64,000 bases of DNA, from assembly GCA_964639265.1 (NCBI GenBank), contig CAZXCL010000011.1:9362-73361 (forward strand), written 5' to 3'. The position numbers and the translations under genes are program-made. Of this stretch, positions 1-9,900 are shown in pieces. The number at the start of each line of letters is the position of its first letter. The stretch's first letter is position 1. The DNA comes from an uncultured Gammaproteobacteria bacterium (GTDB lineage: Bacteria > Pseudomonadota > Gammaproteobacteria > Steroidobacterales > JBCCMA01). The notes under the pieces are model-generated. The model searched no databases, had not been told where the DNA came from, and worked only from the letters and a program-made list of their open reading frames with translations.

Positions 1-1958
1 CCGCCTGTGATCTTCGTCCAACTATTGCCCCAGTCGGTGGTGCGATACAAAAGCGGCTGGAAATCGTCCGACTTGTACAGTGTGGCCGCCGCATAGGCGC
101 CACCGGCTTCGGTCGGATGGGCCTCGATACTGTTGACCTGCGCCCACTGCGGCAATCCCCTGGGCGTAACGTTGGTCCAGCTCTTGCCGCCGTCGCGGGT
201 CACGTGGATCAGGCCGTCGTCCGATCCTGCCCACAGCACGTTGGCATCCCCTCGCGCCTGAGCCAGCGCGAAGATGGTGCCGTAATACTCAACGCTCGTA
301 TTGTCCTTGGTGATAGGCCCGCCGGATGGACCCATACGCGAACGATCGTTGCGCGTCAGGTCCGTACTGATGGCTTGCCAGTTGCGCCCCATGTCGTCGC
401 TTCGAAACAGAACGTTTGCCGCGGCGTACAGCACCTCGGGATCGTGGATGGAAAACTCCAGTGGGTAATTCCACTGGAAGCGATACTTGAGATCGGCAGC
501 ACCCCAGCCCATCGGGTCTTCTGGCCAAACGTTCACGGCGCGTGTTTCGCCACTGCGATGATTGACCACGCCAAGATAGCCGCCGTAGGACCCGCCCACG
601 ACGATGTCGGGATCATTGGGCTTGGCACTGATGTGACCGCTCTCGCCGCCCGCGGTCGACTCCCAATCGCGCGTGCCGATTGTCCAGCCACGTGCCGAGC
701 GTGATCGAATACGCACGGATGTGTTGTCCTGCTGGCCGCCGAGCAGCCGATACGGAAACGCGTTATCGGTAGACACGCGATACATCTGTGCGGTGGGCTG
801 GTTCGACAAGGTGGACCACGTTGCGCCACCGTCAAACGATACGGTGGCGCCACCGTCGTTGCCTTCGATCATGCGCAGAGGATCGGCCGGGTCGATCCAC
901 AGGTCGTGGTTGTCGCCGTGAGGCGTATCCACTTCCTTGAAGCTAAGGCCTCCGTCTTTCGATCGATGAAAACGAACGTTGAGCACGTATACCGACTCTT
1001 CATCCACGGGATCAGCGTAGAGCCGCGTGTAGTACCAGGCACGCTGCCGCAGCTTGCGTTCTTCATTGACTTGCGCCCAGGTCTGGCCACCGTCGGTCGA
1101 GCGATACAGTCCGCCGTCCGTCGCTTCAATCATCGCGTAGAGATTTTTGTTGTTGCTCGGCGAGACGGTGATACCGACGGCACCCCAGATGCCGCGCGGC
1201 AAACCTTCATTGGCACTGATGTTCTGCCAGGTGTCTCCGCCGTCGGTGCTGCGGTACAGCCCCGAGCCCTCACCGCCGCTTTCAAGACTGTGGGGCGTGC
1301 GCCGTACCTGCCACGTACCGGCATAAAGGATACGCGGGTTGGTGGGATCCATGATCAGGTCAACGGCGCCGGTGTCTGAATCGACAAACAAGACCCGTTG
1401 CCAGGATTGACCGCCGTCGACGGTTCGAAACACACCGCGCTGATCGTTGGGACCAAACAAGTGCCCCATCGCCGCCACGTAGGCGATGTCCGAGTCTTTC
1501 GGATGAATGCGAATACGCGCAATGTGCTGCGTCTCTTCCAGGCCGCTGCGACTCCAGGTCTCCCCGGCATCCGTGGACTTCCACAAACCATTGCCCGGGG
1601 ACACATTACCGCGAACCGTCTTCTCACCCGTGCCCACATAAATGACGTTGGAATCCCACTCGGAGACCGCGACCGCCCCGATCGAGCCGCCGAAGTACCC
1701 ATCCGAGCTGTTGCTCCACGACTTGCCGCCATCGGTGGTTTTCCAGACGCCGCCGCCGGTGGCACCCATGTAATAGGTTTGCCGATCCGCGGGCAACCCC
1801 GCGACGGCCGCGACCCGGCCACCGCGATAGGGGCCTACTTCGCGCCACTCAAGCGCGCGAATCTCCGGCGGGAAAGTGTCGGGATCAGCGTCGGCCAGAA
1901 CCGCCTCAGCAGGCGCAAACAGACAGATGACCAGCAGGGTTTGCAAAAATTTGTTCAT
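1..1958 (-). CDS. BNR/Asp-box repeat (sortilin/Vps10-like) glycosyl hydrolase family protein, secreted; 3' end truncated by window edge
   Basis: Reverse-strand frame from ATG at 1958 reads MNKFLQTLLVICLFAPAEAVLA (signal peptide) followed by repeated Asp-box motifs (TDGGKSW, STDGGDTW, STDGGQTW, SKDGGLSF, SFDGGATW, TRDGGKSW, TDWGNSW). No in-frame stop before position 1. The ORF-track minus ORFs in this region are all in other frames. Confidence 0.7.
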   Translation of the reverse strand, partial: MNKFLQTLLVICLFAPAEAVLADADPDTFPPEIRALEWREVGPYRGGRVAAVAGLPADRQTYYMGATGGGVWKTTDGGKSWSNSSDGYFGGSIGAVAVSEWDSNVIYVGTGEKTVRGNVSPGNGLWKSTDAGETWSRSGLEETQHIARIRIHPKDSDIAYVAAMGHLFGPNDQRGVFRTVDGGQSWQRVLFVDSDTGAVDLIMDPTNPRILYAGTWQVRRTPHSLESGGEGSGLYRSTDGGDTWQNISANEGLPRGIWGAVGITVSPSNNKNLYAMIEATDGGLYRSTDGGQTWAQVNEERKLRQRAWYYTRLYADPVDEESVYVLNVRFHRSKDGGLSFKEVDTPHGDNHDLWIDPADPLRMIEGNDGGATVSFDGGATWSTLSNQPTAQMYRVSTDNAFPYRLLGGQQDNTSVRIRSRSARGWTIGTRDWESTAGGESGHISAKPNDPDIVVGGSYGGYLGVVNHRSGETRAVNVWPEDPMGWGAADLKYRFQWNYPLEFSIHDPEVLYAAANVLFRSDDMGRNWQAISTDLTRNDRSRMGPSGGPITKDNTSVEYYGTIFALAQARGDANVLWAGSDDGLIHVTRDGGKSWTNVTPRGLPQWAQVNSIEAHPTEAGGAYAAATLYKSDDFQPLLYRTTDWGNSWTKITG

Positions 1959-1979
1959 GAACATGACTCTCATTAAGGG

Positions 1980-2669
1980 CTATGACCTGTGCGCACCAAC
2001 CATGGGATTGATCTCGATCTCCGCGACGCGTGCATGCGGCGGACTCTCAACGGCATACAGGAAGGCACGAGAAATATCCTGCGGGCGCAGGGCGTCGGGC
2101 TTGGCGCTATCAAAAAACGGCGTCTCGACCATCCCCGGATCAATACTGGTGACACGAACACCGTGTTCATTGAGTTCGTTGGACAAATTCTTCGCATAGC
2201 CGCGGATAAACCACTTCGTGGCGCTGTAAACCGAGCCGGCCAGCGCAACGTGACCGGCCTGTGAGCCGGTCAGAACCAGATGCCCTTTCGACGCCTTAAG
2301 ATGAGGTATCGCAAACTTGCAGGTCAGGGTCACCGCAAAGTTGTTGACCATGATCATCTCGCGGAAATTGTCGACATCACCGTGCTCGGTACCCACCGCT
2401 GTGGCACCGAGTCCAGCATTCGCGAATGCCACATCGAGCCTTCCAAAGTGCTCAAGCACCTGGTCAAACATCGCTGCCTGCTGCGCTGCATCCGTCACAT
2501 CGCACGGCACCGCGAGGGCGTTTTCCGGTCCGAGGCTTGCAACCAGCTTGCTCAGCTTCTGTTCAGACCGCGCCGTCAGAGCGACTTTGTGCCCGGCCGC
2601 AACGCAAGCACGCGCGCACTCGGCACCGATACCGGACGACCCTCCGGTGATGAGGATGATTCTGGACAT
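1980..2669 (-). CDS. short-chain dehydrogenase/reductase (SDR) family oxidoreductase
   Basis: N-terminal TGGSSGIG Rossmann motif. Start chosen at internal MSRIILITGG with an AGGAG SD about 13 nt upstream. Length about 230 aa is typical for SDR. Confidence 0.85.
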   Translation of the reverse strand: MSRIILITGGSSGIGAECARACVAAGHKVALTARSEQKLSKLVASLGPENALAVPCDVTDAAQQAAMFDQVLEHFGRLDVAFANAGLGATAVGTEHGDVDNFREMIMVNNFAVTLTCKFAIPHLKASKGHLVLTGSQAGHVALAGSVYSATKWFIRGYAKNLSNELNEHGVRVTSIDPGMVETPFFDSAKPDALRPQDISRAFLYAVESPPHARVAEIEINPMVGAHRS

Positions 2670-2766
2670 GTGTTGTGTTGCTCCTGCAGGTACTTCGCAC
2701 GTCAAAAAGACAAGCGTGCAAAATACCACAGCGGGCGCAGACCTCTGGCGCAGCGCGCCAGAAACG

Positions 2767-3462
2767 TTACAACGGCAGCCAGACGGGTTTGGTGATCACG
2801 ACGTAGGCAATGGGCAGCAGCAATATTGAGCACACTGCAATCCACCGGAGCCAGCGCCGTTTTTTGCGCACGGGCGTCCGCGGCTCGGGTGCCGGCGAGG
2901 CTGCCCGTTGCGGCGCCGTCCTGGCGGAGTCGTTACTGATTGTGCCAACGTGCTCTCGACGGTCTGGTGCGTTTGCTTTGGTCGGCACCGCCCGCGCCTT
3001 GCGCGCACGCTCTGCGGCCCGCTCAACCATCGACGCGGCACGGCCACTTTTGCGCGGTGCAGGTGGTGCGCCATCGGCGGGTGCGAGTGAGACCACCATG
3101 CCCACGTCAGCCAGTACACTTTGCATGCGCCGGGCCGCGTCTCGAGTCACTTCGCGCTTCAGAATCGCACGCTTTTGACTAAAGATCTGACCGGCAGCCG
3201 AATCGCCGAATCTTTGCGCGAATGCCGCCTGTGCCGCCGCCTTGTCGCGACCGTTCACGTAGTGGCCTTCGAACACCACATCGAATGTAGTTTCTTGTTT
3301 TTGAATCACAATTGCGCTCTTTATATTGGTTTTTAACGCATGTTGGGCTGTGCTACCTGGCGCGCCCGAGATCAGTATGGATAGAGCAGCGAGTCGGGTC
3401 AAAGCATCTGTGCGAGTAAAACGTGAACGTTGGTGACGAGGCACTGCGTGCCGCTCCCTCAA
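2767..3462 (-). CDS. hypothetical protein with C-terminal transmembrane anchor; start uncertain (possible TTG start at 3402 giving signal-peptide-like MTRLAALSILISGAPGSTAQHA)
   Basis: ORF of 231 aa with no recognisable domain. The C-terminus RRWLRWIAVCSILLLPIAYVVI is a TM helix. The Arg-rich N-terminus of the track ORF looks non-coding. Confidence 0.4.
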   Translation of the reverse strand: MRERHAVPRHQRSRFTRTDALTRLAALSILISGAPGSTAQHALKTNIKSAIVIQKQETTFDVVFEGHYVNGRDKAAAQAAFAQRFGDSAAGQIFSQKRAILKREVTRDAARRMQSVLADVGMVVSLAPADGAPPAPRKSGRAASMVERAAERARKARAVPTKANAPDRREHVGTISNDSARTAPQRAASPAPEPRTPVRKKRRWLRWIAVCSILLLPIAYVVITKPVWLPL

Positions 3463-3556
3463 CCAGACAGTTGGAAAGCCCTAAGTGCCGGAAAACACTG
3501 TTTTCATGTACTAGTCTTGTAGACGGACAGGCAGCGAAACAGGGACGTTCAGAGAA

Positions 3557-5764
3557 ATGCCGGAAAACACGCCGATCGACCGCGAACAACTCGAAAGAAT
3601 CATTTTCGGGCCCACGCATAACCGCCGCTTTACCCAGGATACGCCGCTGCTGCCCGACGTCTGGCTTGCCTATGCGCGCAGACCACAGCGAGCCCTTGGC
3701 CTGATTCTCGAACCCGAACGTGATCGCCGGGCCGGTGAAGCGGCGCTCGCCATTCGCGATCGACTGCGCCTGTTTCGCAAAAAACACCCGTTTATTCCGG
3801 GCACCGATGCCAGTGCAAAACGCATGCGCAAGAGCGCCGACATTGCTCATCTTCCAGGGGTCATCGTTGTACGCGTCTATTTCGACGAACTGATCAACGT
3901 CGTCTTGCCCTACACGCTGTGGTGGCGCACAAGCCGAGACCGTTTTTTCGAAGCCCTGGACTACGGTGATGGCACCTGTGGCGATGGCGATGACGACGCA
4001 GCCGTCGAGTTGCGCCAGCGTCGCAGAAAAAAGCTAATCACCTCGTTCGACTATCTGAGCATGTCCGAGCGCAACAAAGAGCGCTTTCACCGGGCCAGCA
4101 CAAACGCCGGAGACCATCCCGACAGCCAGCTTTCCGGCGACGTGATCCGGCTGGCCTACGCGGCCGGCATGATCAATCTGCACATCAATTCGTCGGCCAA
4201 AGAGCTGGCCACCAGCGATGACAATCTCCCCGCACGCTGCGCGGACAGTTTTCTTGCATTGCTCGAGAAGTTCGAGCTGAAAATTGAAGACACAAGCCTC
4301 ATCGGATCAGTTTTTCGAATCTCGCGTAATCGCGATGCGCAATCGGCCGTCGACAAATCGACTCTGGCGTGCAAGGCCGACGCCGCGCGGCTTCTGTTTA
4401 ACGTGTCATGCAAGGACATCACGTGGGCGGTGGCCGACAGCGGCATCTCGCATCGCCATCCTGCCTTTCACAACTGGCGCGAAGACACCTGTGGATCACG
4501 GGTGATAGAGACCTACGACTTCACCCGCCTGCGCAGCGTTCTGAGTCTTGACCGCACGCGCACCGAACGCGCCAAGGACATGCTCGACATTCTGCTGCGC
4601 GGCAAAGGCGCGGGTCTGACTTCAGAGCAGGAAGCGCAAAACGAAGAGGCGTTCAACAAAAAGCTGCGCCAGCATATCGAAGAGTTACTCAATCGCATTG
4701 ACAAGGGATTTGACGTGGACTGGGCTTTGCTCGAACCGTTCATTCGCCTTGACCAGAAAGACCTCGAATCGCTGCCCAATTCAGACCACGGCACCCACGT
4801 AGCGGGCATCATTGGTGCTGACTGGCCGGACCCGGATGCGGCCGTGATGGTTGCTGCCGCGTCTGCGGACCACGCTGACGCGAGCGACTGTATGCAACGC
4901 CTCAACGAGCAGGAACTGCGCCAGGGCCGACGCTCCGAAGACAAGGGCACGGTCGGTGACACCGAAGAGCTGTCCTTGAGCGTCAGAATTGCCAACCGCT
5001 CTCATAGCCGGGTGCTTGAGGAGGCTCCACGCCACATGACGGGCATGTGCCCCGATATTCGGCTCATTGATCTGCGCGTATTGCGCGACCATCAGGATGT
5101 TGGCGATGGCGCGCGCTCGGACGAGTTTGAAGTTATGGCAGCGCTGCAGTTCGTGCGCTATCTCAACGCCAAGGCCGGGCACATGCGCGTGCACGGCGTA
5201 AACCTCAGCCTTTCAATCGAACACGATCTTGCCAACTACGCCTGCGGCCGCACACCCGTGTGCATGGAATGCGAGGAGCTGGTGTCGAGCGGCGTGGTCG
5301 TGGTCGCGGCGGCTGGCAACAAGGGCTATCGCAGCACCGGCTACACCTGCGAAAACGACCGCGGCAACTATCAGTCCGTTTCAATCAGCGATCCGGGCAA
5401 CGCCGAGAAAGTCATCACCGTCGGCTCGACGCATCGCTCGCGCCCGCACGATTTTGGTGTCAGCTACTTCTCGAGCCGCGGACCGACAGGCGACGGACGC
5501 CGCAAGCCCGACCTGGTTGCGCCCGGCGAGAAGATCAATGGTCCTGTGCGCCTCGTCGAAGATGCGGCCAAGGACGGCACGAGTATGGCTGCGCCCCATG
5601 TTAGCGGCGCGGCCGCCATGCTTATGGCCCGCCATCCGGAATTGATCGGCAAGCCAGAGAAGATCAAGGAAATTCTCTGCGCGACGGCCACCGATCTTGG
5701 GCGCGAGCACTACTTTCAGGGCAACGGCATGCTCGACGTGCTGCGCGCATTGCAATCGGTCTGA
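3557..5764 (+). CDS. S8 family subtilisin-like serine peptidase with about 280-aa N-terminal domain of unknown function; no signal peptide
   Basis: Catalytic triad motifs present and intact: D in VADSGISHRHPAF, H in HGTHVAGIIGA, S in GTSMAAPHVSGAAAMLMARHPEL, plus oxyanion N (HGVNLSLS). The N-terminus MPENTPIDREQLERIIFG is hydrophilic. Confidence 0.85.
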   Translation: MPENTPIDREQLERIIFGPTHNRRFTQDTPLLPDVWLAYARRPQRALGLILEPERDRRAGEAALAIRDRLRLFRKKHPFIPGTDASAKRMRKSADIAHLPGVIVVRVYFDELINVVLPYTLWWRTSRDRFFEALDYGDGTCGDGDDDAAVELRQRRRKKLITSFDYLSMSERNKERFHRASTNAGDHPDSQLSGDVIRLAYAAGMINLHINSSAKELATSDDNLPARCADSFLALLEKFELKIEDTSLIGSVFRISRNRDAQSAVDKSTLACKADAARLLFNVSCKDITWAVADSGISHRHPAFHNWREDTCGSRVIETYDFTRLRSVLSLDRTRTERAKDMLDILLRGKGAGLTSEQEAQNEEAFNKKLRQHIEELLNRIDKGFDVDWALLEPFIRLDQKDLESLPNSDHGTHVAGIIGADWPDPDAAVMVAAASADHADASDCMQRLNEQELRQGRRSEDKGTVGDTEELSLSVRIANRSHSRVLEEAPRHMTGMCPDIRLIDLRVLRDHQDVGDGARSDEFEVMAALQFVRYLNAKAGHMRVHGVNLSLSIEHDLANYACGRTPVCMECEELVSSGVVVVAAAGNKGYRSTGYTCENDRGNYQSVSISDPGNAEKVITVGSTHRSRPHDFGVSYFSSRGPTGDGRRKPDLVAPGEKINGPVRLVEDAAKDGTSMAAPHVSGAAAMLMARHPELIGKPEKIKEILCATATDLGREHYFQGNGMLDVLRALQSV

Positions 5765-5774
5765 GGCACACATC

Positions 5775-6944
5775 ATGTTAAAACTCGACGTTCTACGCGC
5801 ACGCCACGGCGACTGCTTGCTGCTGCACGCGGGCGACGACGCGCCAACGACACGCGTGCTGATTGATGGCGGCCCCAGCCGCACCTTCACAGAAGCACTG
5901 CGACCGCGTATGGACGCACTGTCACGCGAGTCCTTCGCTGGCCAGCCCCCCATCGTCGACCTGGCTGTCATCAGTCATATTGACAGTGACCACATCGGCG
6001 GCTTTCTCAAGCTGCTCAAGCACAATGCCAATCTGATGCCCAACCGGCCACTGCTGGAGCTGCGCCAGCTTTGGCACAACAGCTTTCATTCCCTGGGCGG
6101 CGCCGATATCCACGGGGCATCCAGCACGCCGGCAGCCGTTGTATCCGCAGCGTCGCTGGCCGATCAGCTCGTTGCGGACGCGCTGGCAGAGCAAATGTCT
6201 GATTTTGGCGTTGTCATGGCCGGCGTGCGTCAAGGCAACGAAGTGTCCGAGCTGGCCGCTCGTTTTCGTCTCGACAAAATGAACGACTTTCCCGGCGGAC
6301 TGGTTGTCTCTGGCGTGACGGTTGATGCGTTCGACCCGCTTCGCATTCATGTACTTGGGCCGAGGCCGGAAGAGATTGCCGATCTGCGCAAAACGTGGAA
6401 AAAGTTTATGGACGCGCTCAAACGCAAGGCCGCAAGAGTCGAGGAGACAGCACGCAGCCTCGACACCTCGGTCGCCAATCTCTCGAGTATTGTTCTGATG
6501 GTCGAGCATGGCGGCAAGCGGCTGCTATTAACAGGCGATGCCCGCGGTGACTACGTTGTTGAGACGTTGCGCGACGGCGGCTGGCTGACGCACAACCAAT
6601 GCCATGTCGACGTATTCAAATGGCCGCATCACGGCAGCATTCGAAATTTCCCGGACGGTGTTTTCGAATGCATCCGCGCTGATCATCACGTGGTCTCTGC
6701 GAACGGCAAGCACCACAATCCGGACCTGGAGACCATCGAGCGATTCATTGCGACCCACGATCCCGCCCAAACCACGACCGTGCATCTGACCTACTCCCCG
6801 TCTGAACCGCATCTGCCGCACTATCAAGAGCACATGCAGCAGGTATTCGCGTTGCTGGAAAACGCCGTTGCCGCTGGCCATCGCATCACCATCAACACAC
6901 CGACGTCCGATGCGAAATGGCTCACCGTGGATCTCGACGACTAG
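5775..6944 (+). CDS. MBL-fold metallo-hydrolase family protein
   Basis: SHIDSDHIGG metal-binding motif and later His-rich motifs (WPHHGS). Start MLKLDVL at 5775 with a GAGG SD, 11 nt after the S8 stop, so probably co-transcribed. Its stop overlaps the convergent giant gene by 4 nt. Confidence 0.75.
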   Translation: MLKLDVLRARHGDCLLLHAGDDAPTTRVLIDGGPSRTFTEALRPRMDALSRESFAGQPPIVDLAVISHIDSDHIGGFLKLLKHNANLMPNRPLLELRQLWHNSFHSLGGADIHGASSTPAAVVSAASLADQLVADALAEQMSDFGVVMAGVRQGNEVSELAARFRLDKMNDFPGGLVVSGVTVDAFDPLRIHVLGPRPEEIADLRKTWKKFMDALKRKAARVEETARSLDTSVANLSSIVLMVEHGGKRLLLTGDARGDYVVETLRDGGWLTHNQCHVDVFKWPHHGSIRNFPDGVFECIRADHHVVSANGKHHNPDLETIERFIATHDPAQTTTVHLTYSPSEPHLPHYQEHMQQVFALLENAVAAGHRITINTPTSDAKWLTVDLDD

Positions 6945-9900
6945 CGGGACGACGCCCCGCCCTTCAGGCTGTCCATAATCTTCAAAACACTAGTCATGCC
7001 GACCGCGATACCACCCAGATAGGTGATCCAGGTATCCACGACGTCGCGCTGCGTAAACCACAGAAACAGTAGCACCAGCAGAATCAGCCCCATCAGGACA
7101 CGCCGCATGTTGAAACCCGCGGTTTGCCCCGCCGATTCCAGCGCGTCAATTTCTTCTGCATCAAACACCGATGCCACATAGCGACCAAAGCTGTTGTTGA
7201 TCGGCTTGAGGACGGGATCCATACGCAGCAGTCCGCGGGCCAGAAGCGAACGTACAGCATTGACCTGCCGCGGGTTGACCACGCCTTCGCGGCTGAGCTG
7301 CGTCAAGACGATCTTTTCGTCAGTACTGCAGTTGTCCCACAGCGAACGGTAAAACCAATCGGCGCGCTTGCCGATTTCCTTGACCACCTCGCGCCGCGTA
7401 AGCGGCCGGGTCAGGGTAGTTTCATAGTCCGTGCCCATCAAACTGGACAGACCTGCGATGGCACCGAGCTCTTCGTTCAGCCAGTTTCTATCGGGCAACT
7501 GCGTGAGCGACGCCTTGGGCGCCAGCCGGCTCGAGAAGCCGCCGCGGATACTCACATCAACAGACTCGAACTCCGCCAAAATGCTGCGCCAACGCGCGCT
7601 CTCACCGTCATTCTCAAACGGGAACTCGATCAAGCGATGATCGTCTTCCTCGGTACGCTGGTCCTTGACCGCAGAGCGGGTCTTGGCGATCGGCACGCTG
7701 CTAAGAACAATGACGCGCCCGTGGGGCAGCTTTGAGAGTTTTTCGAGAACGCCCAGCACGCAACGACGCAGCGCGTCGTCGCGCAGCGCATCGCCCAGGT
7801 GGGTGCACAAAAGGGGCCTGTCGCCTTCAATTTTCTCCAGCTTTCGCAGCTGCCGCTTACTGGAGAGTCTGTAGACATCATGCGCTTCTGTGCTCTCGGT
7901 TATGAACGCGTATTGCGCGCGCGTGGCCAGTGTCGCAACGGTGTGTTTGCGTACATCATGTTCGACGATTTCCTCGACCGTCAACGAATCAGCATGCGCA
8001 TCAAGCTCGCCGTAAAACAGTCGTCGCGCGCCATAGGCAACCCAGGCCCACAGCAGACCAAGGCCCACGAACGCGCCAAGAACCAGAGCTCCACCAATCG
8101 GCAATAGAAACTCGGGCTCCAGACGAGTAATCGCAGGTCCACCTGCCTCATCGTCGAGTTGTTCCACTTCCTGATTTTCAGTCGACTTGGCGTCGTCGGG
8201 TATCTGCGTGTCAATGTAGCGCGCGTGCCGAGTCATCTCGTTGTATATAGGGAAGTGGCGATTCAAGCTATGCGTGAACCAGGTAAGCAGATTGTCGGCT
8301 TGTGCGTCTTTTGCAGGGCAAGACGCCTTTGAGCTCGCATCGTGTCCGCCGCGACGATACGACAGGTAGCACATGCGGCTTACACCCTCGACACTATAAA
8401 GATCCATCGCTCGATTTGTCAGGGCCTGAGCGCTCGTCGCGCCCTCAAACAACCCTTGCCCACCTTCGACCTTCTGAAACTGGTCTTGAAGTGCGTGCTG
8501 CCGAAAGTTGCGGGCACGTTCGGTGTAGCTTTTCTCAAGCGCCTGAAACACATTCAGCTCGCGCTCGTGAGCGATCTTGAAATAGCCAACCGCTGGGGGC
8601 ACTGCAATCACGAGCCATACCAGCATGGCGCGCAGCTGATAGCCACGAAGTCGATAGCGCCAGGATGACAGGGGCATCAACAAATAACAGACAAAGAACG
8701 CGATGAGGCACCACAGCGCCCAGGTTGGCGAATCAGCAAACCACACGACGCCAATAAAGATCGCCGCCGCGACAAGAATGGACCAGCGAACGGCACCGGC
8801 CACGACCACATCTCGCCGCCACGCCCACAACGTCACCAGAACAAGCAGCAGCAGAAACGCCATTGTCACGCGCGGAATGCCCTGCGCCCACATCTGCTGC
8901 GACTGTGCGCTGACGGCGAAGCAGCCGATGAGCGCGGCCATCAGAACCCAGCGCCCGAGCCGCTCCAGTGTTTTTGCATACTCACGCTTGAGCGCTTTGC
9001 CGGCACCTGCAAACAGCAGCACAACGACCGCAGCCTGCGGCAGAGCCAGCGACCACCACAGGCTTGGGCCCTCGAAAATGCTGACCGCTGTCAGTGATAC
9101 AAGCCCATACGCGACAAGCCACCAGCACCCGCCGCGAAAAAGCGCGATCCGGTCGCGATGTGGCCAGTGCGCGGCGGGCCATATCCAGCTCGGCGTCTCG
9201 CGCCCGTTGTTGGCCAGATAAAGACCGGTCAGCAATCCGAGTGCCAGAAGATGCAGCGCCACCATCAGCGTGGCTTGTGATAGAACCTCCACGCTGCTCG
9301 TGCGGCTGACGCTCGCGTTTTCGAACAGCACAATTGTCCAGGGAATATCGGCAAGCGGGCGAACATGAACGTAGTTGGCCTGGGTACGGTAGCGCCCGTC
9401 AAACGTCACCGTGGCCCTCGCGTGGATCGCCGCTTTGAGTCGATCAGCGATGCCTTCATCACGAAACAGGTTTTCGACCGTTGCGTGGCGCACATCGGAA
9501 TGGAACAAAGCCCTGCCGGTCGCGTTGTCGATAACGGCGTAGCTTACGCCGGGCGCCAGCACCTGATTGACCAGTGAAAGCGGCGTAAACGCCATTGCAA
9601 CACCCAGGCCCGCGTCATATTCTCGTGCCTCGACCTTAGGTATCTCGCCCGCGATGTCACGCCATTGATTGACCGAACGTGCTGATAGCGCCGCCGAAAA
9701 CTCACCGGTGGTGATCGACCGGAAAGACTGCACGAAAAAGTCACCACCCTGGTTTTCAACAGACCACAGCTCACGGTCGCGTACGGCCTGGTAATACTCG
9801 CGCTTGCCCACCGACACCATGGGTGTATTGGCATTGCGAGCGGAGGCTTTGAGCAACTGCATTCCGTTTTTCAGATTGATCAGAAAGACCTGAGAGAAAA

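Noticed and set aside
2280-2829. Overlapping plus-strand ORFs of 170-171 aa
   Set aside because: Antisense to the SDR gene, whose Rossmann motif and RBS are convincing. Pro/Arg/Ala-rich composition.
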